The notes under the pieces were generated by a model. It made no database searches. It was not told the origin of the DNA and was given only the letters and a program-made list of their open reading frames with translations. Of a DNA stretch of 64,000 nt, positions 24,994 through 36,375 are shown piece after piece. Each line of letters begins with the position of its first letter. Position 1 is the first letter of the stretch. Where the stretch lies: positions 14,562,861 to 14,626,860 of the forward strand of contig OZ316892.1 of NCBI GenBank assembly GCA_973895155.1, read 5' to 3'. Position numbers and translations under genes: made by a program. Source of the stretch: Marsupella aquatica. Taxonomy: Eukaryota > Plantae > Marchantiophyta.

Positions 24994-27900
24994 CTACACA
25001 AGAATTTGCTGCTTCATTCCTCGCTTCGTCCTTGGATTGCTTTCAAGTGAGCATGCACCTGCCTGCAGGAGTTCCAGGTCCTCTACAGAAGTTAGGATGC
25101 TTGCGGCCTGTGGATTTCTTATGAGCATTTTGGAAACAAGAAAGCCAGCTATAGTCCACGTTTGCTGGAGCCGAGCTTGTTTGCCAATAAGTCTTCCAGT
25201 GCGTGTATCGTAGTATTCAGGCCAACGATCCCTCGATAGGTTCTTCTCAGCAACTTCAACTGCCTGTTTAGCGAGGTCTATCTTCCCCATCTTGATGCAC
25301 GCGACAGTGAACTGCGATTCAATAAGTTCATTTCTCCATGAGAACAAAAGAAACGCTTTTAAGGCGGACTATTTACAGACACCAACAAGAATCAAAGTAT
25401 TTTATATGACATGGAGGCAAAGGTATCCTGCTGCAAGTTCACCTCCATTCAGAATCAAATCCCCCTACGAGATACAATTCACATTAATTGTCATACATTG
25501 CCTCAAGCAGAAACAACACAAGCCAGATAGGAAGAGACTCACTTGCCAAAGAAGAACAGGCCACGATCCCGAGTTATGATAAGACCAAGGTCTGTAAAAT
25601 AACTCATAAAAGATACCGTCAATACTTTTTGAACTCAACAGAAAAGAAAGGAGACGAGCAATGTCATAACTCGGATGAAGACAAAGTAGTTTAAAGTAAC
25701 ATTATCGTCAACATTAAAATCACCAAGTTCCCTCTGGACTGCTGGGAGGCCAATAGATGTATCTTACGTATTCTTTGGATCAGCTCCGGTAATGATGCGC
25801 CATTCTTCACATTCAAGAGCTGGAAAACAGATTTTCAACGGCATCTGTCCCACAAAATCTTTCCACTTTGCCTCAATGAGGTCGAGAATGGCTTCTGACT
25901 GCTGCTCGTTAGCCAAGGAGCCCACAACAGACCAGAGATTGCCAAGGGTGAAGAACCGAAAGTCCATATGTGCAGGTTGAAGATTTCCAATCAGGTAGCC
26001 ACCCTGATTTGGCATCCAATCTAGCAGCCAACCGGGTATCTGGTCTGGATAGATGTTGAATTTGTTGACAGCATCATATGAATACTCCTCTGTGTTGTAT
26101 CGATAGATCTCATTTAATTTTCTCAGATCAAGCCAATAGTACTCCCGGACATGGAATAACAGAGCACTCAGCCTACTATTTATACTTCTTGTGAGGCCTG
26201 ACGATACATCTTCACAAAGCATTTCTCGTGCACAACGGAGAGCTGAATAGAATAACGCCTACAAGAATCAACCATGGTGACGATTCGTCAGCTGTCTACT
26301 TGTCTTAAGAACGATGGTATCCGTGAAAGGGGTTCAGAATCTGTAGCAAAGAAACAGTAGTGATCAAATCATGGGAGGTTCTTGTACTCGAATTACGACC
26401 TGACATTTCCCCTTCACATCATGTACCAAATGAGCCTTTCAAAATGAGATATTGCTCAAAAGCTGCACGAATGCACGTCATAAACAGAGAGGGATATTCA
26501 CCAGCGACCACCTAGTCCGATACAAGTAATGATTTTGAGCAAGTCAAAAGCGAAGTCGTCATTACAGGACTTGCATCAACAGATGATTGCTTGAATGCAG
26601 GGGGTACAACTCATCAACCTTACCTGTATCTCAAGCGGATGGCCGTGGATGCCCATTCGTCGATCAATCATACAAGAGCCATCCGTTACTAATAACGTGG
26701 GGAACATATCAAAGCCATCTGCTAGGCACAACTTGAGGATCATTTTCATTCCAGTTTGCACTTCAATCCTTTCTTGCAGGGCATAATCTCCTGATCCTTT
26801 TCCATAGGCCCTCAGAAGGATGATCCACCAAAGTCCTGATCGTGGAGCAGAGTATGGGGTAAGCTAGCATTTGCAAACATATATAACATCGTGCGACACC
26901 TTACACAAAACTAAAAGTTTGACATTTTAGCAATGAAAAAAAACTCATATTACCCGCCCAGACAACTCCAAAACCTTCAGAGAGAAAAAGACGAGAAATA
27001 TTAAGGGCTGCCAGTTCCCAAATCCTAGAACCAAAATCTCTATTTGCTAATTCAGCTTCTTGCAAGACAAGTGTCGAGAGGTAAAGTGAGTGTCCTGTTG
27101 CATAAACTTTTAGGGACGATTTGTCCGAGAAGTGACAAACAAGAGCACATACTGAAACTCAACCTCCATTCGGTTCTACGACACCACAGAATGCAACGCT
27201 GCACATTTCCACATGGAACTTACCAGAGTCGACTGGGGCAACTCTACCAATAGCTGCCTCACCAAAGTCTGGATCTAATATTTCTTCCGTTGCGTTGGGA
27301 TCGTCCCCGTCAAGAGGAACTGTTCGCACTTTGAAACTGGCAGGCATTAATCCTTGACCCGGGTTGTAGCAGTCAACTGTTTTCTCCCAGCTCTGCAAGT
27401 TGAAAAAGGCCAGTGGTCAAGGTTCCTCGAGTTGAGGCCTATTGGCAAAGCTTGAACAGCAAGGCCAAACCCCAAAGAAGAACACAAACCGAGAAAAAAC
27501 ATTCTAGAGACTGAATGTGTCTGCCTTGTTGGAGGGACTAGACATAGGACTAAAAAGTCCGACTGCACTTCAGAGGAAATTTAGAACACCATCGTACTGA
27601 ACTTGAAGGTATGTATAGCACTCGAATGTCCGGCCCGGATTAGCATTTTAGCTGACAGCTATGTGGGTTACTTCCAGTCGCCCTAAAACATATCACAAGA
27701 TTGAGAGTGAATTCAACCATCCATAATGGCATCACAAGCTAAAAGAGCAACTTCGAAGTATAAAAAGGAGAGGTACCCGTTATCGTACCTGCAACCGCAA
27801 GGTGTTGAGAAGAAAGTCTTTCACAATCATGTATTCTCCTTTCAGCAGGAACGCAATGGCCGAAGGGATGAAATCACGGATGAACACCTGATCGTAATTC

Positions 27901-28370
27901 AAGGCATCGGTACTGGTGGGATCCTGAGCTGCAATTGTGCCAACGGGGCTTCCACAATATGTCACAATTGAAGATCGAAGAAGCGCCCACGCTTCCTTTT
28001 CCGCACTAGTCTCTAATTCCTCGGATGACGACGACGAAATCGCAGCACCGTTACCTTCACCAAATTCAAGCTCAGTTTTGGTGCGCTCCTGGACATAATT
28101 GGATTGCTGTGCCTGTGCCTGTGCCTTCACTGCTACCCTTATCTTTCCTGGCGCTGACGAAGGAGAATTCCTGCCAAAAGATAAGGATACGCCCGCAGCT
28201 GGAGCGACCGAAGAAGCACGAGCCTCAATTACTTGTCTGGGACGAAGTAGCGAGCATGCTCTTCGAGGCTGCACCGGTGCAGCGAAATTCCTCGTGGAGT
28301 GCGGAAGGGTTGTGATGGGGCCCCCCGCCATCGCAAGATAGCGTTCAGTAATTGAAGAAATAATCATCAT
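24994..28370 (-). CDS. Alkaline/neutral invertase (GH100), organellar type with N-terminal transit peptide
   Basis: Exons: 28370(or 28331)-27789, 27392-27224, 26835-26624, 26258-25768, 25591-25543, 25311-24994. Motifs: [113 protein letters not shown]. Confidence 0.96.
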
Positions 28371-29275
28371 GGAGGACGAAAAAGAAGCAGCGGAGCTGCA
28401 TAGACAACCCTCAATTGGAGGTCAATCTACTTTTTCCTCGCACCCCTAGCCAATTATGCTCTTGCGACAGCGTGGATGAATTGTCTCAAAACAGATCCGA
28501 CAAATCACGAAGCTTGTACACTCATGCACAAGCTAAACTATGTAAACCTACGTACAGTAGTACGTTGACAATATCGTGGAGCACATGACTACAATCTGAC
28601 CGATCGTTGAGTCCCGCGCAGTAGACAATAGCAATTCTCCTCTCAATTCTCCTCTCAATTCTCTCTCAATTCTCCTGCTCTCTCTGCACTAAGCAGGGCA
28701 AAGGCACATTGAGGGCAATCTAAATAAAGGGATTTTTCAAGGCAGCAGAGCAATCCTCTTTCCTTCTTCTGCTCTGTCTCTTTCCTCCGTGAATCTGTGT
28801 CTATGCGCCATCAGGCAACGCCACAGCGCAAAAAGGCAAGAACGGCAAAGGAAGCATTGACGACAATGTAGTCCAAGCGACGTTTCAAGCAGCAGAGAGT
28901 GATCAGTCAGCGGAGTGAATTAGTGATTTAGCGAATTGGTGAATTGGTGAGTCCAGTCCAATCCAATCCAGTACGGTCCACCGTGGCAGGCTGCCTAAGA
29001 GACGAATACAACTGATGGGCACTTCCTGTTGTCCGTGCAGCACAGGCCCACTCTCCCATACAATCGCGTTTTTTTGGGGGCCCCAACTCTGTTTGTTTCA
29101 GTAATTCTTGCTGCCTTTCTTTCTCGAAACTCTCGAGTCTTCCTTCCTTCCTTTGCCAGATCACTAAAAGCTCTGGTCTGTTTGACCAATTGGTGAATTT
29201 GTTGGTACTTTCAGTGACCCTTTGTTACTTTGGAATTTCCCTGTTTGAGACTTTTGGGACCACCATGGTTAGTTT

Positions 29276-29411
29276 TTTAAATTTTTATGAATAAAATTTT
29301 AAGGGGAAATGTGTGAAACCCGATAGAAAGGGATCATTCAATCACAACTTTTGAACCCAAGGCCTATGAGTCACTACTCAAGTGCGCTACCACATAGCCA
29401 TGCCTCTCTGA
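29276..29411 (-). mobile_element. Short tRNA-derived SINE-like insertion with 24-bp TSD
   Basis: Perfect direct repeat TTTTGGGACCACCATGGTTAGTTT at 29252-29275 and 29412-29435. The minus strand reads TGGCTATGTGG (A-box-like)...GGGTTCAAA (degenerate B box) and ends in an A-rich tail. Confidence 0.7.
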
Positions 29412-29591
29412 TTTTGGGACCACCATGGTTAGTTTCTTTAGGGAGTTTTGCTGTGCTTCTCATTCCTTCTTTCTTGCTCTGTTGTTATGCCGGGTTGGAC
29501 AGAATTCTTGGCCTTTAGTATGAAAGTGGCAAGACTATGGCTAAACTCATCCATCATTTGCCTGTCACATTAAAGGGCCCAATGAAGTAGA

Positions 29592-30420
29592 TGTTGGGGA
29601 AATATCACTAAGCACAACGTCATCGGGAACCAGTGTACTACATACAATTGACATTGACATAGAGATATGTGGTTCACCCCGTTTGGGCTACTTCCATAGT
29701 AGAGAGAAGAAATCACAATGCACAACCTAATACATCACCCATAGCCTGACAAGCTCTCAAGCTGCTCTCTCTCTCTCTCTCTCAAACCACACCTGCCCCT
29801 ATAAAGGGCTACGGGTAACCCGTAGCTCTCATCCTAAAGAGTACAAGTTCAGAAATGGGCTTTGAGCTCCACAAAAGGTGCTGACTGCAAAACCTTTTTT
29901 TGGCAAGTACTCCACAAAAGGTGCTAGTGTTCCACCTTTTATGGTGAGTAACTAGACATACGGTAGTGAAAAATACGGTATAAGTGAAAAATACTATACA
30001 AACCATATTTTCATTATAAATACAGATCACTACACACATTGTGGAGCCCACTAAGAGCACTATATTCCAATCCAAAAGACTCAGCTTCCCGCTACATTGC
30101 CATGGCCCATAGAGCCATTGATTTAATCACCCTGTGTCTAGACTGTCTATAGATCAGCCACCTAAAGGTGTTGCCCTAAAACATGGCCTAAGGTAGCGGG
30201 GCTGCCAGGAGCAACCCAACAGCCAACTTGGCTCTACTCTCACTTGACATTGGGCACATCCAAGAGAGCCACGAGGATCTAGCAAAGCAGAGCACATGAC
30301 ACTGAGATGACAGAGTGAGCATCGGACGCCCTGAGACAAGCACCTCGTGAGGAGTGGGAGCTACAGCAGACAATCGTGGACAGCTGAAATTGCCCCATCA
30401 ATACGACACTCGAACCAACA
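29592..30420. mobile_element. Probable LTR remnant (Copia-like)
   Basis: TGTTGG...CCAACA termini. It has the same TGTTGGGGA start and GTGGTTCACC...GGCTAC motif as the solo LTR at 12218, plus an internal (CT)n. The TSD does not match well (GTAGA vs TGAGA). Confidence 0.45.
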
Positions 30421-31766
30421 TGAGATCAAATTAGGCTCAGGTTTTATGCAGTACATTCACTGTTCTTGATATTTATGTTTCCGTCTATTCATGTTATTAT
30501 AGGCAATGTTGTAAGCCGGAGAATGTATTGTTTGAATAAGCTGATGTGACTACTCTATTTCCGGCCCATGTCTCCCCGCAGCCGTCTAGACAATGCTGCA
30601 GAAACATGGGACCAGACATTATGTTTCCTAAGACTAATGTCGATCTAGTAGCGGGGGCTGAACGAAGACACTGGATAAGTGAATGGATATAGTCCGTCCA
30701 TTCCCAGGAATAGATTACGGCCTATGCTTGATGCTGTGGACACAACATTGAAGTAACACCGTCACGTAAGGAGCTAATCATTGTTGCGTGGTAATATAAA
30801 GTTGTTTACAGGTTCTATATTCAATAAAAACAGAGTCCAACAGGAGTTGTCGTGACATTCATAAAAGCTGGTATCTTGCACAATCGATAATGATACACCA
30901 CATGAGTATTTGTTGATCGACATGGATGGGGAAATATATTGACGGTAAATAGTAGCATTTGGTTTCTACTAAATAGAGCTGTCTATGACATGCATATGGC
31001 GCATCCGTATCTTGAATGTATGAAACAAGACAATGGATGTTATGTTTGTGTTGAAATATGAATCAATGCAAAGTGCTTAAGTGACAATACGACCTGAAAT
31101 ATCTTAGGATGTCATACATCTATGTATGTATAAATGAATCTCTCTCTCTCTAGTCTCAAACTCCTTAAGACTGATCTCTCTAGTATGAGCACAATGAAGT
31201 GCTCCTCCAATGTTATACCCCATCTCCACTAGTCTAACCTCAGCAACCCTTAACCGTGGTTAAGCTGCATCTTAGTTAACGTAACCAGCACTAGAGTTAA
31301 ATACCAACAGTAGACCCTCATATATGTAAATGAAAAATTCCCCCTCCCATTGATCATATTTGTATCCCAAATTTGGTAAAAGTGTTTCACAACTTGCATC
31401 ATATCATGGCATCAATCAATCAAATACTCCTAGTTCCACACTTATATTTTAAGTAGCACTTGAATATAGCTAAACCAGAACTCTGGTTGCATTGAAAGGA
31501 TGAGAGGGGGCAAGAGAGGTGAGGAGCCTTCCACCATTCAAGACCTACCCAAGCAACAACATTTGTCACAAATCAAAGGAAAGAAAAGGAATTGTCAAAT
31601 TTCACCTAGAAGTGCCAATTCAAGGCACGCTATGTGTTATGTGCACCGTTCATAGTAAAACCTAAGACAATCATGTACACTATACCTATTATTAAGATGA
31701 TTGACCCAAACAGTCCAATGGCATTTGAACACTTCAATTCTAGCTGTATGAAACACACATCTCTAA

Positions 31767-32120
31767 GGGCCAACTCACATGTAAGTGGCCCTACCCTTTG
31801 TGGCCCTAAAAATGACTCAGGGTAGTGTATTAGTGCATGAGAGAAAAATGCCGTCACCTCCTCCCCTGCCAGTCCTGACGGCAGAAACTTAGCAATTCAA
31901 AAGGCAAGAGCCGGAAATTTTCTAGCCCTTGTAGGTCCTGACCTCAACTTCCACATAAAACAAATGTTCTCAAGTAACACAGTCATATTGCCATTGCAAG
32001 TTTTGCCGTAGTGCACATGACACATAGTGAGGACAAAGATTGACATTGTTAATGTACAGATTCAATTGTCCTAAAGTGTCGCGAGGGTAAAGGGCCCTAA
32101 ACTCACATGCGAGTTGGCCC
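31767..32120. mobile_element. Tourist/PIF-Harbinger-type MITE
   Basis: TIR GGGCCAACTC(A/G)CATG at both ends; TAA target duplication at 31764-31766 and 32121-32123. Confidence 0.85.
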
Positions 32121-32704
32121 TAAAGAAAAGAGAGTTCACGTATAAGAAATTAGTACTTGGATGAACCAAAATGTCCAAGCTTGCAATTCGGATAGACCCC
32201 AAGATAGACCTAGCAGTTTTTGAGTATGTGACCATTCACTTAACTCAAATATACTATATCAGACCCAGGAAAGCTGAGTGGAGCAAGCTGGGACTCTCTT
32301 AGGTTAATAGTGATGTGTATGTTTACTGCAAATGTTACAGAATACGCCTCACATCCAAGAGTCATGCCTTAGGACATATGTCTTTCTCATATCTAACTAA
32401 TAAACCGCAATCAAAAGCAACTTCCTAGGGCTATTGGTGAAGTCTCTAGACCATGACTCCAACTAAGGGCCTGACTAAAGTGAGGGGGCAAACAAAAAAC
32501 AGGGATGACAGAAGGCAAAGATGAAGACAAAATAGTGAGGAATCCTTCATTGCAAAGTTCTTTAGGTCTTCATCTCTATCTATGTTCAAGGAATGGAAAT
32601 AAATCTACTGAAAAAATAAACATTCATAAAGTACTATTCCCTGTAACTGTTAGAAATAAAATTTAAAATACAAGTTGCCTAAACTACAGAAAGTGGTACA
32701 ATCG

Positions 32705-32777
32705 GGGGTTGTAGCTCACATGGTAGAGCGATCGCTTCGCATGCGATAGGTACGGGGTTCGATTCCCTGCAACTCCA
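32705..32777 (+). tRNA. tRNA-Ala (anticodon CGC)
   Basis: Complete cloverleaf: acceptor GGGGTTG/CAACTCC with the G3:U70 Ala identity pair, D arm GCTC/GAGC, anticodon arm ATCGC-TTCGCAT-GCGAT, T arm CGGGG-TTCGATT-CCCTG. An upstream CAA motif and TTTT at 32794-32797 are present. Confidence 0.97.
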
Positions 32778-33009
32778 CCCCCACCAAATAACGTTTTGCT
32801 GATTCTCGAATCAGGTCTTCAGATTCTTTCGTCGGCACGGAGCGGACCAGAATCCATCGATATTAAAACCCCGAGTGGGTTTTATCCATTATCCATCCAC
32901 TCCTCGACAGTGGAAATCTAGAAAGCAGGAATTCAGCCAAGGACTCCTGAACGCACCAGGCTTGCATTTCCTGCATCGCGGATCGAGCACGGCCATTGCT
33001 GGAATGCAA

Positions 33010-33435
33010 TCTAGGAGATTCAGATTTTGAAGCGAGTGGATCGAAGAGAGAGTCTAGTGTGGAAGATTTGCATTCCGATTCCTCTTTTGCCTGTCGTGAT
33101 TTTTGGAGGTAGGACGGAACAACGCAGAAGCAGGAACCAGCATCACGTAGACTAGTGAAGAAGAAGAGGAGGAGCAGGAGATTAGGAGAGATTCAGATTG
33201 TGTAGCTAGTGGATCGAAGATTTGGAGGTAGGACGGAACAACGCAGAAGCAGGAACCAGCATCACGTAGACTAGTGAAGAAGAAGAGGAGGAGCAGGAGA
33301 TTAGGAGAGATTCAGATTGTGTAGCTAGTGGATCGAAGATTTGCGTTCTGACTCTGATTTTGCGTATCGTGATTTTAGGAGGTAGGACGGAACAACCCTG
33401 AAGCAGGAGCGCAGCATTAAGTAGACTAGCATTGA
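33010..33435 (+). repeat. Tandem repeat array directly upstream of the CHLM ATG (two near-perfect 119-bp units plus degenerate flanking units)
   Basis: GGAGGTAGGACGGAACAAC at 33105, 33224 and ~33378; GAGATTCAGATT...AGTGGATCGAAGA three times. Confidence 0.9.
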
Positions 33436-33456
33436 GTTTAGGGGAGGTAGCTGGAC

Positions 33457-34464
33457 ATGGCGGGTCTCTGCTGCAACCCCGGAGTGTCATCGCTCTCTAG
33501 CTGCAAAGCTCTCGCTGCTCCGCTCGCGTGTTCATCTTTCGAGCAAGCCCCTCGCTCGTCAGTGGCGTTTCGGGGGCAGGGGACGAGGAGAGTCGGAGGG
33601 TTAAGGGTGTCAGCCGGATTAATTGATGTTGCTGACGGCAATGTGACATTTGCAGTAGCCAGTGGAGGTGCTATCGTTGCTCTCGCAGGGGCGGCCCTGC
33701 TCACAGACCCTCAGAAGAGGCGGGAGAAGCAGGCAGAGGAAGCGGGAGGGAATGAGAAAGAATCAGTGAGGAATTACTTCAACACTAAAGGGTTTGAGCG
33801 GTGGAGGAAAATCTATGGCGAGACGGACGACGTCAATACCGTTCAGCTGGACATTAGACTAGGGCATGCGGAGACGGTGGAGAAAACTCTGGCGTTGTTG
33901 AAGAGTGGGGAGGGTGGATTGAATGGTGTCACAGTCTGCGATGCGGGGTGTGGGACAGGGAGCCTTACCATCCCCATGGTATTAGAGGGGGCAGCTGTGA
34001 GTGCTAGTGACATTTCTTCGTCTATGGTCGAGGAGGCAGCCAGACGAGCAAAGGTAGCTGTTTCAGAGAAGGGTCAGAATGGGAGCTTGCAAGTCACAGA
34101 ACCACAGTTTCAGGCCCAAGACCTCGAATCCATCTCAGGAAAGTACCACACTGTCGTTTGCCTCGATGTTTTGATTCATTATCCACAGGAGAAAGCAGCC
34201 GGGATGATTGCTCACCTTGCTTCTCGTGCTGAGAAGCGACTCCTACTGAGCTTTGCTCCCAAGACTCCGTTCTACTCGGTTTTGAAGAGGGTAGGTGAGC
34301 TTTTCCCGGGCCCCTCGAAGGCAACACGAGCATATCTGCACGCTGAAGAGGACGTTGAGAAAGCCTTGAAGGAGGTTGGGTGGGTAGTCTCCAGGCGTGA
34401 AATGACGGCTACCAAGTTTTATTTCTCGAGGTTGCTAGAGGCTGTTCCTGCTGGTACAGCATAG
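33457..34464 (+). CDS. CHLM: Magnesium-protoporphyrin IX methyltransferase, chloroplast, intronless
   Basis: 335-aa ORF with a transit peptide, VRNYFNTKGFERWRKIYGETDDVN.VQLDIRLGH, SAM-binding VCDAGCGTG, YHTVVCLDVLIHYPQ, ELFPGPSKATRAYLH and FYFSRLLEA. Confidence 0.98.
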   Translation: MAGLCCNPGVSSLSSCKALAAPLACSSFEQAPRSSVAFRGQGTRRVGGLRVSAGLIDVADGNVTFAVASGGAIVALAGAALLTDPQKRREKQAEEAGGNEKESVRNYFNTKGFERWRKIYGETDDVNTVQLDIRLGHAETVEKTLALLKSGEGGLNGVTVCDAGCGTGSLTIPMVLEGAAVSASDISSSMVEEAARRAKVAVSEKGQNGSLQVTEPQFQAQDLESISGKYHTVVCLDVLIHYPQEKAAGMIAHLASRAEKRLLLSFAPKTPFYSVLKRVGELFPGPSKATRAYLHAEEDVEKALKEVGWVVSRREMTATKFYFSRLLEAVPAGTA

Positions 34465-36193
34465 AATTCGAGGGGCGAAACGAACATTGATGATAAGGTT
34501 TACTTAGGCAGAGAATTAAGAATCTCGGTAACCGTTGTCGGAGCAACCTTCCCTGCATGATTAGAGACGTGCCAGCCTGAGAAGCAGAAACGAACAGTTT
34601 CTGTGTATATCCGTAATTGTGCAGACGCAAGATTTCGTGGACCAGCTTCGTCTTTCGGAAGAGGAATTAGTCTCATGGTGAACGACCTCCCGCATATCTA
34701 GTAGACGTCGACGTGTGTGAGGGGACTCGACAAACGATCAGAATTGAGAAGGCTTGTTGAGCATAATATCTGCGGTCACTGGAGGACTTTAGCTTTCCAC
34801 AGAAGAAGTTCAGCGACACATTTAGCTCCTTCGGTGCATTCGGACTAGCTCTGTGTACTGCTGTGCTGTTTCTTGTAATGCTTTATATTTAAACGTGTTC
34901 TTTGCTCTGCGAAGTTCACAACTGGAATTAGTATTGGATTCTGAGTTGGAAAGTTCTAATGTCGGTGTCAAGAATTTACATAGTTAACCATGTAAATTGA
35001 TGGAGGACCGCAGAAAAAAGGTTATAATTGGCTTTCACAAACAAGTGGTGAAGTCACCCAAGAGTGTACTCATTTGGCGTGGGTTAGATATTTGTGCAAG
35101 TACCATAACCTCCCAAAGTCCATTTCACGAGGAAAATCTTATATAGCTTAATCACCACTGTTGGTCTGATTGTGTCGTGCATGAACATGTCACGAGACAC
35201 GGAGTATGACCACCGCTTCCTATTCGATAGACGAACTTGTTCAGTCGGTTTTAGTGAAGATTTGTGAAGCATGCATCTATTCGATTCACAGTGCTTAAAA
35301 GCTTTTTAGTGTTTGCATCCAGTTTGTGAAATCCGTCGAGGTGGCGAAATTTGTTCGTCCTCTAGATCAAGAATCCATGCAACAATTTGACAACAACTAA
35401 ACCAAGCTGAAGTTTTAATCCTTCCCCCTTTTCTCCGCCTTGTGTAGGCATCTCACACTCTTCATCTTAGCCATAGATGCACATTGTTGTTGCGATTGAT
35501 GCTCGGGCAGGCAAGCAGCGAAATCTTTGCCACGTTCTGGAACTGTCGGCAATGCGCAGTTGCCATCACGAGTGTAGGTGACCCAGCCTGTGGACCCTGA
35601 CCTGGCAGGCTTGCCACAATCTATCTATCCCGGTCATAACTTTTGAGACTACATACTGTTAAAACGTTAATGGTGGAATGTGATTTGCCAAAGGAAAACC
35701 TTTAACCTTTCGCACGATAGAAATCCCAACCTTCGAAGATTTCTCCTGTGGAGTGTTTGTCGCTAACTTTTAAGGATGTTTGATTTAAGAGCTTGGCCAC
35801 GGAGATCATCCCCATTTACGATAATAATTGCTGCACCAAAGTTCTGCTCCAGTACGATCAAAGTTCTGGAAATGCAATTACCATATTCTGGACTCAACTT
35901 AAAATTTTGTTTCAAGAAAACGCATTGCCACTATGGGTGGTTTTCACTGTTTGTTTGAATTTCCTGTGGCAATTAGTTTTGATCCCAGGCAGGTTGTTGT
36001 TTCTACCGTCTTGGGGCTGACACTTATTTGTAAAAGCAATATTTGCACTTTTACCTCAGGTCTAAAAGCCTTCTTAAAGTACTTGCAGTTGCCGACGGAA
36101 GACCCTCCTTAGGACCCATCAGCAGTGGATATAGACATAGCTCCGAGCCAGGGGGGGTCCAGGCACAGCTCGAAATAGTATCGGAGGACCAGC

Positions 36194-36323
36194 GCCACAT
36201 TTCAGATCGGAGATCCAATAACCTCCTCATACCAAAGGAGGGGGAAAGAGAAGAATTGCCACATTTCAGATCGGAGATCAAATTATCCTCCTCATACCAA
36301 AGGTGGGGGGGGGGGGGGGGGGG
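36194..36323. repeat. 64-bp tandem duplication plus poly-G tract downstream of the FKBP42 stop
   Basis: GCCACATTTCAGATCGGAGATC...CCTCCTCATACCAAAGG at 36194 and 36258; G run at ~36305-36323. Confidence 0.8.
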
Positions 36324-36375
36324 CAAAGAGACAAATTTCATCAAATTTTTCTGTACCCTTTTGCGTCATTTGGTC

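Noticed and set aside
28500-28590. Short upstream ORFs before the invertase ATG (possible sugar-responsive uORFs)
   Set aside because: No similarity to known conserved-peptide uORFs, and the leader/intron structure is unknown.
30480-31050. Degenerate coding-like sequence
   Set aside because: Many stops in the frame examined and no recognisable family.
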